From the human T2T-CHM13v2.0 reference genome, Homo sapiens: DNA of 64,000 nt. Where the stretch lies: NCBI RefSeq assembly GCF_009914755.1, contig NC_060928.1. One strand, written 5' to 3'. Within the stretch, counting starts at the first letter, position 1. Every line of letters starts with the position of its first letter. This document shows, in pieces, positions 14,668-32,150 of this stretch. Made by a program: the position numbers and the translations under genes. Under the pieces are notes generated by a model. That model made no database searches. It was not told where the DNA came from and worked only from the letters and a program-made list of their open reading frames with translations.

Positions 14668-14962
14668 CTTTTTTTTTTAGATGGAGTCTCGCTCCGTTGC
14701 CCAGGCTGGAGTGAGTGCAGTGTCGCGATCTTGGCTCACTGCAAGCTCCGCCTCCTGGGTTCAAGCAATTCTCCTGCCTCAGCCTCCCGAGTAGCTAAGA
14801 CTACAGGTGCCTGCCACCACGCCAGGCTAATTTTTTGTATTTTTAGTGGAGACAGAGTTTCACCATTTTAGCCAGGGTGGTCTAGATCTCCTGACCTCGT
14901 GATCCGCCTGCCTCGGCCTCCTGAAGTGCTGGGATTACAGGCATGAGCCACCGTGACCGGCC
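14668..14962 (-). mobile_element. AluSc/Y
   Basis: Antisense dimer, TSD GCTGTCATTATT. Confidence 0.93.
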
Positions 14963-15071
14963 AGCTGTCATTATTTTTAACATTAACAATTCATCTATTA
15001 CCTTAGCTATGGATGGTGCTATGTAATTTGCCCTGCCTGCTCCTTCACCTTCACATCCTGCCACTCTCCCC

Positions 15072-15480
15072 TGTTAAGTCAGAAACTGTGAAGTGTCTTA
15101 GAGTTTGTCCTTCTTGCAAGCTAATAGGTTAGCTTGCCACAGTTTCATATACATATACTGCCAGAAGACACCAGACTGCTGGGCTGGTGCCATAAAAGAT
15201 TTGCTACTGAAAGCACAAAGCATTTACAACACCTTGTGTCATTTCCCCATGCCCCATTTCCCGTAAGGCAACAGATGTTTCCTGTGCAGTGGGTTGCATC
15301 ACAGGAGAAGAATCTTAAATTTAGAAGCCTCCAAGCTTTTATCAAAGCTGCTGGTGACCTACCCATTCCTCCCATTCAGGAGAGAAATTATTCATTATCT
15401 TGAAATGTAAGTGAATTTCCTCTGGGAAGAGGAAGAAGGCCCCTCTAGGTTTATCACCCTGGAATGTAACACACTCTGGG
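15072..15480 (-). mobile_element. Old ERVL LTR (LTR41-like)
   Basis: Reverse complement of the TTGCAAG...GCCACAGTTTCAT...AGAAGACAC 3' module shared with the neighbouring LTR. Confidence 0.55.
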
Positions 15481-15798
15481 GTTTGGGAGGTGGATATTAA
15501 TATCATTATGCGCTTTCTCACCTACAGAAGACTAGTCTGAACTTGTGGCAGGAACCTAGCCAGCTTGATTGCCTGCTAAAACAAAAATATCAACATTCTT
15601 AATAGGATTTAAATAAGATCCAGCATCTCAAAACAGAATATTCAAAATATCCATGATACGGTCCAAAATTACAAAGCAAACAAACAAAAAAAAAACAACA
15701 AGAAAATCTCAATTCATATAGGGAAAAAAAAGGACAATGCTGAGATAACACAGATGATAAAATTGTCTGATGAAGGCTTTAAAGCAACTACTAATATT

Positions 15799-16300
15799 TG
15801 TTAGGAGTCTATTCTCCATTGGTCTCTTGCATTTCTACAGGTGTTCTAGGCAAAGGCATTAACAGCTTTTTCTCTGAACTATCTTTTTTAGCTGTTTGTA
15901 TAGCAAACATCCTTGGAAGATAGAATGTCTTCCTTTGGGACCAAGGACAGATTTTTTTCCTTCCAGGATGAAAAAAAAAAGATAATGTCTCTCTCCAGGG
16001 CAAGGCTGGGCAGGTTTGCTGGCCCTTTATTGAAGACTGGTGTTTCCCACAGCATTCATAAATCCCACTACATATACAGGTATCACCAGGCCCTCACAGC
16101 ATCACTGTGTGGGAACTGAGGCTCAGAAAACTGGGTTAAATGCTGATACTCTGCCTCCTGCTATTCGTGTGGGTAATAAACTGTCCTTTGTCTCTGACCC
16201 AGGAGTCTCGTGTCTTCTGTCACTATTCATGAAATTGTGGCAGCCTAACTTGTTAACTTGCAAGTAAGGTAAAATATCAGACCCTCCAAAGTTCTTGACT
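15799..16300 (+). mobile_element. Old ERVL LTR (LTR40-like)
   Basis: TGTTAGGAGTCTATTCTCCATTGGTCTCTTGC...AATAAACTGTCCTTTGTCTCTGACCCAGGAGTCTCGTGTCTTCTG. Confidence 0.6.
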
Positions 16301-16875
16301 TTGTTATAACAATTCTCCTACAAGCAGTCACAAGCATTTTTGAAGCCAATAAGAAAAAAATAGAAAGTATCAGCAAATAAATAGAAGACATAAAGAAGAA
16401 TCAAATGGATATTTTAGAACAGAAAAATACAATAGCCAACATTTAAAAAAAATTCACTGGATGGTTTCAATAGCAAGGTAAACATGACAGAGTCAATGAA
16501 CTTGTAAATAGATCAATAAAAATTAACCAATCTGAACAGCAGAGAGAAAAAAGATTTGAAAAAACAATGAGTAGAATCTCAGAGACCTCTCGGATAATGA
16601 CAAAAGGTGCTGAAAAATTTAGAATAATGGAAGAAAAGGTCTCAAATTTGGCAAAAGACAAATCTACAGATTTAAGAAGTTCAACAAACCCCAAACAGGT
16701 TTAACACATAAATTTATACCCAAACACATCACAATCAAAATGCTGAAAATGAAGACAAAGAAAAAAATCTTGGAAGTAGCTAGAGAAATTCAAAGTACTA
16801 CCTACACACAAACAATCTGAATCACAGCAAATCTCTCAGCAGGATCCATGCAAACCACAGAAGTGGCACAATAAT

Positions 16876-17241
<366 letters not shown>

Positions 17242-17469
17242 TCAGGAATTCAGGTGAAATAATGGCATTCTCATATGAAGACAAACTAAAAGAATTCATT
17301 TCTAGCAGAGCTGTTCTAAAATAATTGCTAAAGAAAATTCTTCAGACAGAGGGAAATGATACCAGAAGGAAACCTGAAAACATCAGGAATGAAGGAAGAG
17401 CACCAGAAATGGTAAATATCTGTGTAAAAATAGTAGTCTATTCTCCTATTCTCCTCTTAAGTTTTGTTT

Positions 17470-17858
17470 GTTTTTTAAATTATACTTTAAGTTCTAGGAT
17501 ACATGTGCAGAATGTGCAGGTTACATAGGTATATATGTGCCATGGTGGTTTGCTGCACCCATCAACCCATCATCTACATTAGGTATTTCTCCTAATGCTA
17601 TCCCTCCCCTAGTACCCCATCCCCCAACAGGCCCCGGTGTGTGATGTTCCCCTCCCTGTGTCCATATGTTCTCATTGTTCAACTCCCACTTATGAGTGAG
17701 AACATGTGGCGTTTGGTTTTCTGTTCCTGTGTTAGTTTGCTGAGAATGATGGTTTCTAGCTTCATCCATGTCCCTGCAAAGGACATTAACTCATCCTTTT
17801 TTATGGCTGCATAGTGTTCCATGGTGTATATGTGCCACATCTAGTCTATCATTGACAG
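17470..17858 (-). mobile_element. Short L1PA 3' fragment
   Basis: TTATACTTTAAGTTCTAGGATACATGTGCAGAATGTGCAGG...GTATATGTGCCACAT. Confidence 0.88.
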
Positions 17859-18639
17859 GTACTAAGTTCTTTAAAAATATATTTGATGGTTGAAAATAAC
17901 TGTACCATTGTCTAATGGGGTTTTAAACATATGTAGACGTAATTCATGACAACTCTAACGTAAGGGGTACAGGTTAAGTAGACCTATATGTAAGGTTTCT
18001 ACATTCTACTTAAAATGGGGGGAAAAGACATTCTAAGCAGATTCAAAAAGCTAAATATGTATATTTGCATTATGTGAAACTCATGTTTGCCTCAGGGTCT
18101 TTCCAGTTGCTTTTCCTTTTGTCTGAAAAAATATTCCCCTATATATACACATCATTTGCTCCCTCAACTAATTCATGTGTCCGCATAAATGCCACCTCTT
18201 CAAGGAAGCCTTCCCTTAACCACCCTCATAAAATAACCACCTCTTCCCATTAGATTCTACCTTTATATTTGATTTTTTCTTCATTCATTTATCATTATCC
18301 AAAATTTGATATTTTTGTTAATTTATCTTCCCACTAGCATGCAGGTGATGGTCTGCCTGTTCACTTCTGTATTCCCAGGGCCTAGACCAATGCACTGGTT
18401 TTTGTTTGTTTAACCTATCAAGAACTGAGAGAGTTGCATAGAAATTTGCCACCTCCTGTAGTTCTAACATTTTTTGCTGTATATAGCTTAAGTCCATTTT
18501 ATTAGTTACAAACAGGATTAGAATTTTTCTGTTTTTTTTCTGGTGAAAAAAACCTTTTATCAGTAGGTAATGACCTTTTTATTCTAATAATCTTTTTTTG
18601 TCTTAAAATCTTTTTTCTGAAATTAATGTATGTATGTGA

Positions 18640-19204
<565 letters not shown>

Positions 19205-19859
19205 GTTTCTGCATTTTTAAAAAACTGACTTTATGGTTAGATTTTTTAAATTCCATTTTTCCTCCACTGAATTGGAATTCATAGCTCTGTATTTATTCCT
19301 TTTTTTTTTAACAACTGTCCCTGCATTTTATAAGTGTCTAACTTAACAAAATGTAAAGGCAAACATATCTTAACTTTCCTTTGAAACGAAGTAATGATCT
19401 TAGAATAATTTTAATTACATTGACCCTCCCCCAAATGCCTACTTGCTATTGTTATTGGAGGCATTAGTTCAAAACTTCACAAATCGGACCTTATTTTTCT
19501 AGACTGATGTTTGGACTGACAAGCTTGTTCACCATTTTATTCACTCACCATTCTATTTTGTACTTCAGACCATTCTTTTATGATAATTTCCTTTTTTTAA
19601 GCTCTGACTTAACAAAGCACTTATATTCCAGGTTTGGTTCTAAGTGCTTTATTTTATATTAGTTCATTTAATCCTCATAACAATTCCATGAATACAATTA
19701 TTGTCAAAATTTTACAAGTGAGAAAAAAAACTGAAGCACAGAGGTGTTAACTCACTTGTCCAGTGTTCCACAGCTAGCAAATGGTGGAATAGGGATTCAC
19801 ACCTATGGAGTCTCCAAAGTGCATATTCTTAACTCCTGTGAAATACTATCTCTCAACTA

Positions 19860-20426
19860 CAGTCACACATCACTTAATGATGGGATACATTCTGAGAAAG
19901 GTGAAATGTGTCCTTACGTGATTTCATCATTGTGCAAACCACAGACTGTACTTACACAAACCTAGATGGTATAGCCTACTACATATTTAGACTATATGGC
20001 ATAGCCTTTTGCTCCTAGGCTACAAACCTGTATAGCATATTACTGTACTGAATAGGCAACTGTAATACGAGTATGTATTTGTATATCTAAACATAGAAAA
20101 GGTCCAGTAAAAATACAGTATTACAGGTTGCGTATCCCTAATCCTAAATCCTTAGGACAAGAAAATTTTGGTTTTGAATTTTTTTTTTATTTTGGAATAT
20201 TTGCATGATACTTAGTGTTGAGCATCCCTAACCTGAAAATCCAAAGAAATGTTCCAAGGAACCTTTCCTTTGAGTATCATGTTGGCACTCAAAAAGTTTC
20301 AAATTTTGGAGTATTTTGGATTTTGGATTTTTGGATTAGCAATACTCAGCCAATATAATCTTATGGGACCACCATTGTATATGCGGTCTGTTATTGACCA
20401 AAACTTTGTCATGTAGTGCATGACTA
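19860..20426 (+). mobile_element. Tigger3/MER7-type DNA transposon with a nested Tigger4/MER46 (20124-20353)
   Basis: TA|CAGTCACAC...TGCATGACTA|TA termini. The nested element runs TA|CAGGTTGCGTATCCCT...ATACTCAGCC. Confidence 0.75.
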
Positions 20427-21434
20427 TATGTCATTTAGGAGTTTTGTGCATATCTCTGAGCTAAACTCTCAATTATCACTTATCTTTAAATGTCTCTATT
20501 TCACTCTTCTTAAAAGGTAGTCTGGGCAAGTACATAATTCTAGTTGACCATTATCTTTTGGCACTTGAAAGGTATTATTCCATTAACTTCTGGTTTCCAT
20601 TGATGCTGATAATAAATCCACTGTCATTTTCACTGCTGTTCTTTTGCAAGTGATCTGCCCTTTCTAGCTGCTTGTAAGATCTTACAAATTCTGCAGGTTC
20701 TTTATACAATGTCATTATACATTTCTGTTTATGTATCCTGCTTTCATTATCTTGTGACTCCCAGATCTGTTAATTCATTTTTTTCATCATTTCTGCAAAA
20801 ATCACAGCACTATTTATCTAAATGATACCTCTCATTAGAACACTTCTTACCAGTGGGAGGTAAAGGGCAGGGATTGACTAGCAAGGGGCATAAGGGAATT
20901 TTCTGAAGAGCAGTATATGGTTTTTTTTGACAGTTTGTGTTACACAGGTATATGCACTTGTAAAAATTTACCAAATATTGTACTTAAGATCTGTGCATTT
21001 TATTGTATGTACATTTTAAATACAAAAAAGCTATAGAACAATACTGAATACTAATGATGAACATACTAAAATGTTTAGTGGTGATGTCTACAACTTACTC
21101 TGAAATGCATAAAAAATAGGATTGATGGATGGTTAAGTGGATAGCTATATGATACAGTAAATATAACAAAATGTTCTAGAATTAATTGGTAAATGTAAAA
21201 GTTCACTGTGTAATTCTTTCAACTTTTCTGTATGTTTGAACAATTTCACAAAATATTAGGGGGCAGGGAGTATTGCCTCTACTTTTTTCCTTCTTTTCTT
21301 TCTTTCTGAGATTTCAATTAGTCATATGTGTGACTTTCTTATCCAAGCTTCCATCTCTTAATATTGTTTTCATATTTTTACTTCCTTGTCTCTCCTTAGT
21401 ATACCCTGGGTAATTTTTAAAGATATCTTCTCAT

Positions 21435-21727
21435 TTATTTTTTAAGAGACAAGGTCTCCCTCAGTCGCCCAAGCTGGAGCACAGTGGCATAATCATAGCA
21501 CTCTGAAGCCTCAAACTCCTGGGCTCAAGTCATGCTCTGCTTTAGCCTTTTGAGTAGCTAGGACTACAGGCATACACTAACATGCCCAGCTAATTTTTAA
21601 ACTTTTTTGTAGAGACAGGGTCTCACCATGTTGTCCAGGTTGGTCTTGAACTCCTAGCCTCAAGTGATCGTCTCACCTCGGCCTCCCAAAGTGCTGGGAT
21701 TATAGGCATGAGCCACCTCAGTGGCTT
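21435..21727 (-). mobile_element. AluJ
   Basis: Diverged antisense dimer. Confidence 0.9.
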
Positions 21728-22474
21728 CATTTATTAATTCTCTCTTCATCTGTATCAAATTTGCTCTTTAACCTTTCCACTGAGTTTTGTTATTCTAACA
21801 ATTATATTTTATATTTCTAGAGCATCTCCCCATCTCCCAACTACCTTCCAACCTGTCTGTCCATTCCTGGTAATCTCTTGCTCATCTTTATAACATCCTT
21901 TACCTTTTAAAATATTCAGAACACAGAAATTCTATACTTTTCATATCTGTCAATTCCACTACCTACAGTCCTTGGAGTTACACATCTACTGAAGTTTATT
22001 TCTGCAGACACTCATAGCAGTTTGGCTTTTTGGTGTATTTTTCTCTGTGTGCTACAGCTTGAATAGCTTCTATTGCTATGTCTTCAAGGTCATCAATCTT
22101 TTCTTCTACATTAAATTTGCTTTAAGCTCCTACAGTGATTTAAATTTTTTTCAGATATTGCATTACATAAGTCTAAAAGCTGCATTTCATTGTTTTTCAT
22201 ATCTTCATTTTTTCTTATGTTCATATTTTCTTGTAAATTCTTAATTATATTAGTAATAGCTGTTTTAATGGTTTTTTTTGTGCTAATTCCATGATCTCTG
22301 TCATTTCTGATTCTATTGACTGATTTTTCTTCTGGTATGGATCATATTTTGTTGAATCTTCATGTGTCTAGTAATTTTTTATTGTATAGTTGTAACTGCT
22401 ACATTGCTTAGTATCTTGATGTTGTGAAGTTGTTTCCTTCTTTTACACAGTGTTGAATCCTGTTTCGGCAGGTA

Positions 22475-22919
22475 GTTTTTTTTTTTTTTTTTTGAAACAG
22501 AAGTCATCAATGGTGACATGCTGGATGCCACAGATGGTGGCACTCTGCCTCATGTATGTCTTGACAGTGTGTGCAACTTCTCATCTCTCCAGAAGGTCGG
22601 GTGGGTCAGCAGGTCCACGATGTAGGTCCCCATTGTGTCAGACCCCTGCTGCCCGTGAGCTCGTCACAGATCCAGCTATGGCTGGGGCTCAGCAGGCTGC
22701 CTGAGTAGATGCAGGTGTCGCAGATCATCATCACTCCTGCGTAGTGCTTCGAGACTGGTTGCTTCACCTGCACACAAAGGCAGGTAGGAAATGCAGCATG
22801 TTCCCCACCACGTTCATCAGCTGCAGGCAGTTAACACAAGGCCATCACCATCCAAAAGGCATCCACTGATGTTGCTGTGTTCTTGCAAACCACAGTCTTC
22901 CCAATACCCTGATGGACTG
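22475..22919 (-). pseudogene. GFOD2 processed pseudogene, 3' part ending in poly(A) mid-CDS
   Basis: Degenerate GIGKTVVCKNTATSVDAF...SGSLLSPSHSWICDEL...MGTYIVDLLTH...HVTIDDFCF, followed directly by an A tail (T-run ~22475-22493 on +). Confidence 0.88.
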
Positions 22920-22970
22920 TGTATTAGTCTATTCTCACACTGCTATAAAGAAATACCCGAGACTGGGTAA

Positions 22971-23262
<292 letters not shown>

Positions 23263-23419
23263 GAGACTGGGTAATTTATAAAGGAAAGAGTTTAATTGAC
23301 TCACAGTTCCACGTGGCTGGAGAGGGCTCAGGAAACTTACAATCATGGCCAGAAGGTGAAGGGGAAGCAAGGACCTTCTTTTTTTTTTTTTCTCTTCTTA
23401 ACCACTTTATTTCCTCCCA

Positions 23420-23818
23420 ATTATTATTATTATTATTATTATTTATTATTATACTTCAAGTTTTAGGGTACATGTGCACAACGTGCAGGTTAGTTACATA
23501 CGTATACATGTGCCATCCTGGTGCGCTGCACCCACTAACTCGTCATCTAGCATTAGGTATATCTCCCAATGCTATCCCTCCCCCCTCCCCCCACCCCACA
23601 ACAGTCCCCAGAGTGTGATGTTCCCCTTCCTGTGTCCATGTGATCTCATTGTTCAATTCCCACCTATGAGTGAGAATATGCGGTGTTTGGTTTTTTGTTC
23701 TTGCGATAGTTTACTGAGAATGATGATTTCCAGTTTCATCCATGTCCCTACAAAGGACATGAACTCATCATTTTTTATGGCTGCATAGTATTCCATGGTG
23801 TATATGTGCCACATTTTC
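23420..23818 (-). mobile_element. Second L1PA2-like 3' end with degenerate (TTA)n tail, 3'-transduced
   Basis: About 370 bp nearly identical to 23840-24207. It is bounded by the tail of the other L1 and by a unique tag with AATAAA. Confidence 0.85.
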
Positions 23819-26056
<2,238 letters not shown>

Positions 26057-26202
26057 TCACTCACTATCATGAGAGCAGCATGGGAGAAACAGCCCCCATG
26101 ATCCAGTCACCTCCTATTGGGTCCCTCCTTCAACACGTGTGGATTATGGGGATTACCATTCAAGGTGAGATGTGGGTGGGGACAGAGACCCAAACCATAT
26201 CA

Positions 26203-26800
26203 GACCAAGATGGAGTCTGTTCACACAGGCTCAGGAGGGGAACTCATCTGGCCAGCTTGCAGCAGAAACAATCATAGACACAGACAACAAATCTAGAGCC
26301 TTGACATGTATCTGCTGGGTGAGTGGAGGGGAGATGCTGATGCCCACCAGATCCACATCTTGATGCAGCAAGATGTCATCAGTCTGGCTGACATAGAAGC
26401 AGCAAGCTGCTTTGCCTCCTCCTCAGTCTTCCCCCAAAGGGTCTCACCAGTGAACCCTTCTGCCCTCAGCAGTGAGAGCAGAACCCGGGTGGAGCTGCCA
26501 GTCCCAAACTGGCCCACTCCTGGAGGCATCTTCATCCTGGCCTCTCTCTTCACCAATTCATCTCCTCACAAGAACCTCCAGCATGGCTATGACCTTCCCA
26601 ATGTTCTGGTCAAACATGGCGTCTGGCACCCTGGCATCACCCACCCTGTAATGCACTGAAGACCATGAGTCTGGATGGGTCTCCATGGCCACCCGTCTGC
26701 CTTCAGGGAGGCTGGTGGGGATGCGAGAGCCTGGAATCCAGCGTGCCACCACCGGGAATATGCAGCCTGGTTTCTAAAGAATGGGAAGCTGTGGAAAGGG
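26203..26800 (-). pseudogene. GFOD2 processed pseudogene, 5' part (5'UTR, ATG at 26535, N-terminal CDS, most of an extra cassette)
   Basis: [45 protein letters not shown], then after a frameshifting deletion [31 protein letters not shown]. This matches the recalled GFOD2 N-terminus (MKMLPGVGVFGTGSSARVLVPLLRAEGF...). Confidence 0.88.
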
Positions 26801-27595
26801 TGCTACTTATTTTTGTATGTTTATTTGTATCCTGCAACTTTACAGAATTTGTTTATCAGTCCTAATACTCTTCTTGTGGAATCTTTAGGTTTTTCCAAAT
26901 GTAAAATCATATCATCAGCAAACAACAATAATTTGACTTCTTCCTTTCCAATTTGGAAGCCTTTTCTTTCTCTTGTGTGATTGCTCTATCTAGGATATAC
27001 AGTACTGTGTTGAATAACAGTGGTCACAGTGGGCATCCATGTTGTGTTCCAGATCTTAGAAGGTTTTCAGTTTTTCCCCATTCAATATGACACTAGCTAT
27101 GGGTCTGTCATATATGGCATTTATTATGTTATGTTCCATCTATACCCAGTTATTTGAGGGTTTTTATCATGAAGGGATGTTGAATTTTATAAAAAGATTT
27201 TTCAGCATCAATTGAAATGACCATATGGTTTTTGTTCTTCATTCTGTTGATATGTTATCACATTATCACACTGACTGATTTGCATTTGTTGAAACCCCCT
27301 TGCATCCCAGGGATAAATCCCACTTGATCGTGATGAATGATTTTTTTAATGCGTTGCTGAATATGGTTTGCTAGTATTTTATTGAAGACTTTTGCATCAA
27401 TGTTCATCAGGGATATTGGCCTGTAGTTTTCTTCTTTTGATTCATCTTTGTCTGATTTTGCCTCATAGAATGAGTTTGGAAGTATTCCCTCCTCCTCTAT
27501 TTTTTGGAATAGTTTGAGCAGGATTGGTAATAGCTCTTCTTTAAATGTTTGGTAAAATTTGGCAGTGAAGCCATCAGGTCCCAGGCTTTTTTAAT

Positions 27596-29048
<1,453 letters not shown>

Positions 29049-29142
29049 TGATATGTTTTTTAAGTTTGGGCTGGTGTCTCACTAGCTCACGTGTCCCCCA
29101 AGTCCACTAGTTCCGAGCCCAGCACAGCATTAGAACTTTCTA

Positions 29143-29440
29143 GGCCAGGTGCGGTGGCTCAGGCCTGTAATCCGAGCACTTTGGGAGGCCGAGGCAGGTG
29201 GATCATGAGGTCAGGAGTTCAAGACCAGCCTGGCCAAGATGGTGAAATCCCATCTCTACTAAAAATACAAATATTAGCTGGGCATGGTGGTGGGCACTTG
29301 TAATCCCAGCTACTCGGGAGGCTGAGGCAGAGAATTGCTTGAACCTGGGAGGCGGAGGTTGCAGTGAGCCAAGATTGCGCCACTGCACTCCAGCCTGGGT
29401 GACAGAGCCAGACTCTGTCTCCAAAAAAAAAAAAAAAAAA
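29143..29440 (+). mobile_element. AluS, the only sense-strand Alu found between ~8.5 and 47 kb
   Basis: TSD AGAACTTTCTA. Confidence 0.93.
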
Positions 29441-29975
29441 AGAACTTTCTAGGAGATGCAGTCCTTGTGGCCTAGACCGTCTTTCAGGTTTATTTAGGAC
29501 TGTAGGGCATGTTAGCCCATGGTGGCAAAGCTTGCTGAAACTCATGTTCTGACCTCTGGGATGGGCAAATTCCCTCTGGCTAGGGCTGGTCTAAATGCTC
29601 CCTCTGAGGATGCTGGCTGAGTTCTGCCCAGTGTTGCTCTCAACTGCAACATGGGAGCACTAAATTCCAACACAGTCCCACAATCACTGCGATCTCCCTC
29701 CTTCAACTGTAGAGTCTCTCTGTGTGCCACGTGGCCACTGCTGGGGGCTGGGGAAGGGGAGGTGTTAGCAATTTAAGACTGTCTTTCCTACCCTCCTCAG
29801 TGTCTCTTTCAGTCATATGAAGTTAAAACCAGGTACTATGAGTGCTCACCTGATTTTTGGTTCTTATGAAGGTGCTTTTTAATATAGATAGTGGTTAAAT
29901 TTGGTGTCCCTGTCAGGAGACACCTCCACAATTGGTGGAGGCTTCTATTTAGCTGTCTTGCTCTGCCTCCTCCAT

Positions 29976-30839
29976 TTTGTTGTTGTTGTTGTTGTTTTTT
30001 TAGACAGACTCGCACCCCGGTTGGAGTGCAGTGACACAAAAATGGCTCACTGCAGCCTTGACCTCTGGGACTCAAGTGGTTCTCCCACCGCAGCCTCCTG
30101 AGTAGCTGGGACTACATGTGTGCACCATCGTGCTCAGCTCATTTGTGTTTTTAATTTTTTTGTAGAGATGATGTCTTACTATGTTGCCCAAGCTGGTCTC
30201 AATGTCCTGGGCTTAAGGGATCCTCTGGCCTCAGCCTCCCAAAAGTACTGGGATTATAGGCATGACCTGTTATTGTTTATGAACTGTGTGCTCTTTACAA
30301 TTTTCTCTTTGCAAGCATTTACTCTTTGATTTAACTCACCATTACTACAACCACTTGTCACTCATAGATTTGCCAGAGATTAGGTAAATATTTTACTTGT
30401 TTCTATTAATCTTTTTTTAAATGTACATGTAGCTTGCATTTATTTCAATGTTTAAAACTGGAGATGTTTTGGGTCTTTCTTTAGAACTTTGATGATGTTT
30501 ATAAAACATCTGTAGGAACTTAATTCTTGTTTATATAAATTAGCCTTTTTTTTTTTTTTGAGACAGAGTCTTCCTCTGTTGGCTAGGCTAGAGCACAATG
30601 GCTCAACCTCAGCTCACCGTAATCTCTACCTCCCGGATTCAAGTGATCCTTCCACCTCAGCCTCCCAAGTAGCTAGGACTACAGGCTTTTTTTTTTGTTT
30701 TTGGTAGAGACGAGGCTCACTCTATTGCCCAGGCTGGTCTTGAACTCCTGAGCTCAAGTGAACCTCCCATCTCAGCCTCCCAAAGTGCTGGGATTACAGG
30801 TGTGAGGCAGTGTGCCTGGCAAGCCTATGGCAAAACTGG
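29976..30839 (-). mobile_element. Two AluJ copies (29976-30265, 30546-30839)
   Basis: Diverged antisense Alus. Confidence 0.88.
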
Positions 30840-30912
30840 CTTCCTGATGTATCATTTGCTTAAAGTCACAGTTTCCAAGTACCTATCAACATTAAGTGAT
30901 GACTTAAACTGT
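30265..30912 (+). mobile_element. MER82-like Tigger fragment, interrupted by an Alu
   Basis: Ends CTTAAAGTCACAGTTTCCAAG..CCTATC..TTAAGTGATGACTT..CTG|TA. Confidence 0.55.
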
Positions 30913-31816
30913 ATAATCCTTTAACTATACTGCTGAATTCTGTTTGCAAGTACCTTTCTGAGGATTTTTGCATCAGTCTTCATAAGGGATACTGGTCTGT
31001 AGTTTTCCTGTAGTACCTTTACTGGCTTTGGTATTAGGTTAATGCTGGCCTCATAGAACGTGTTAAGGGTATGCCCTCATCTTCAATTTTTGGGAAGTCT
31101 GAAATGATTGATACAGTTCTTCTTTAAATGCTTGGTAGAATTAATCAGTGAAGCCATCAGGTTTAGGGCTTTTCTTTGACAGGAGATGTTTGATTACTGA
31201 TTGAATCTCTTTAGTAGTTACAAATCTACTCATATTTTTTATTTCTTCATGGTTTAGCCTGGTAGGTTTAGTGTTTCTAGGAATTTCTCCATTTCACTTG
31301 GGTTATCCAATTTCTTGGCAGACAATTGCTGACAGTATTCCCCTATAACTCTTTTCATTTCTGTAGAAATGGTAGTAATGTCTTCATTTTCATTTCTGAC
31401 TTGTCTCCTTTGTTATAAGTAGATCTAGCTAGAGATTTGCAAAGTTTTTTGATTTTTGAATAACCAACTTTTGGTTTCATTTTGATTTTTCTATATTATT
31501 TTTCTAGTCTCTATTTCATTTATATCTATTCTAATCTTTACTACTTCCTTTCTACTGCTAGCTCTGGGTTTAGTTTGCTCTTCCTTTTCAGTTCCTTAAA
31601 TTGGAAAGTCCGGTTGGTGATTTGATATTTTTCTTATTTTTTAAATAATTTTTAATTTTGCTTTCTTCAGACCAGACTCTTATTTTTTAATGTAAGAATT
31701 TATAGCTAGAAACTTCCCCCTTGGCACTGCTTTTGTTGTGTCTCATAAGTTTTGGTATGCTGTGTTTTCATTTTCACTTGTCTTTATAAGTATTTTATTA
31801 TTTGTCTTGTGGTTTC

Positions 31817-32150
31817 TTTTTTTTTTTTTTTTTTTAGACAAACAGCTTTATTTGAAAGACGGAGGACAGCCGAGTCCCCCCGACCCCGTGGTCCTGGCGA
31901 CATCGGTCTCACGTGTGGGAAGACCAGTGTCCTGTGGAGAGAAAACAGGGTTAGGGGTCGGCAGCCTGGGTCAGGAGCCAGACCACGCGAGCGGCCGCAC
32001 CCAGGGAGAGGCCGCGGGGCCTGTTGGGGCTGGGTTTCACCGCCGCACATGTGTCAGCGCGCGGTGAGCTGAGGCCCCTGGAGGCTCTGGGCGCCGAATC
32101 TCACCCGCTGCCATGGCCAAAGCCGGGGGGTGATTTTCAACCAATGCCGG
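31817..32150 (-). pseudogene. Retrocopy of a SNORA78(ACA64)-headed, SNHG9-like transcript (snoRNA + intron remainder + terminal exon + polyA)
   Basis: Poly(T) 31817-31835, minus-strand AATAAA at 31847-31852, TSD GTGGTTTCTTT at 31809 and 32151, retained branch point/pyrimidine tract/CAG acceptor at 31932, CpG-rich. Confidence 0.85.
32019..32145 (-). ncRNA. SNORA78/ACA64 H/ACA snoRNA retrocopy (127 nt)
   Basis: Minus strand reads ATTGGTTGAAAATCACCCCCCGGCTTTGGCC...GGCGGTGAAACCCAGCCCCAACAGGC, matching the recalled SNORA78 sequence. ACA box lies 3 nt from the 3' end. Confidence 0.8.
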
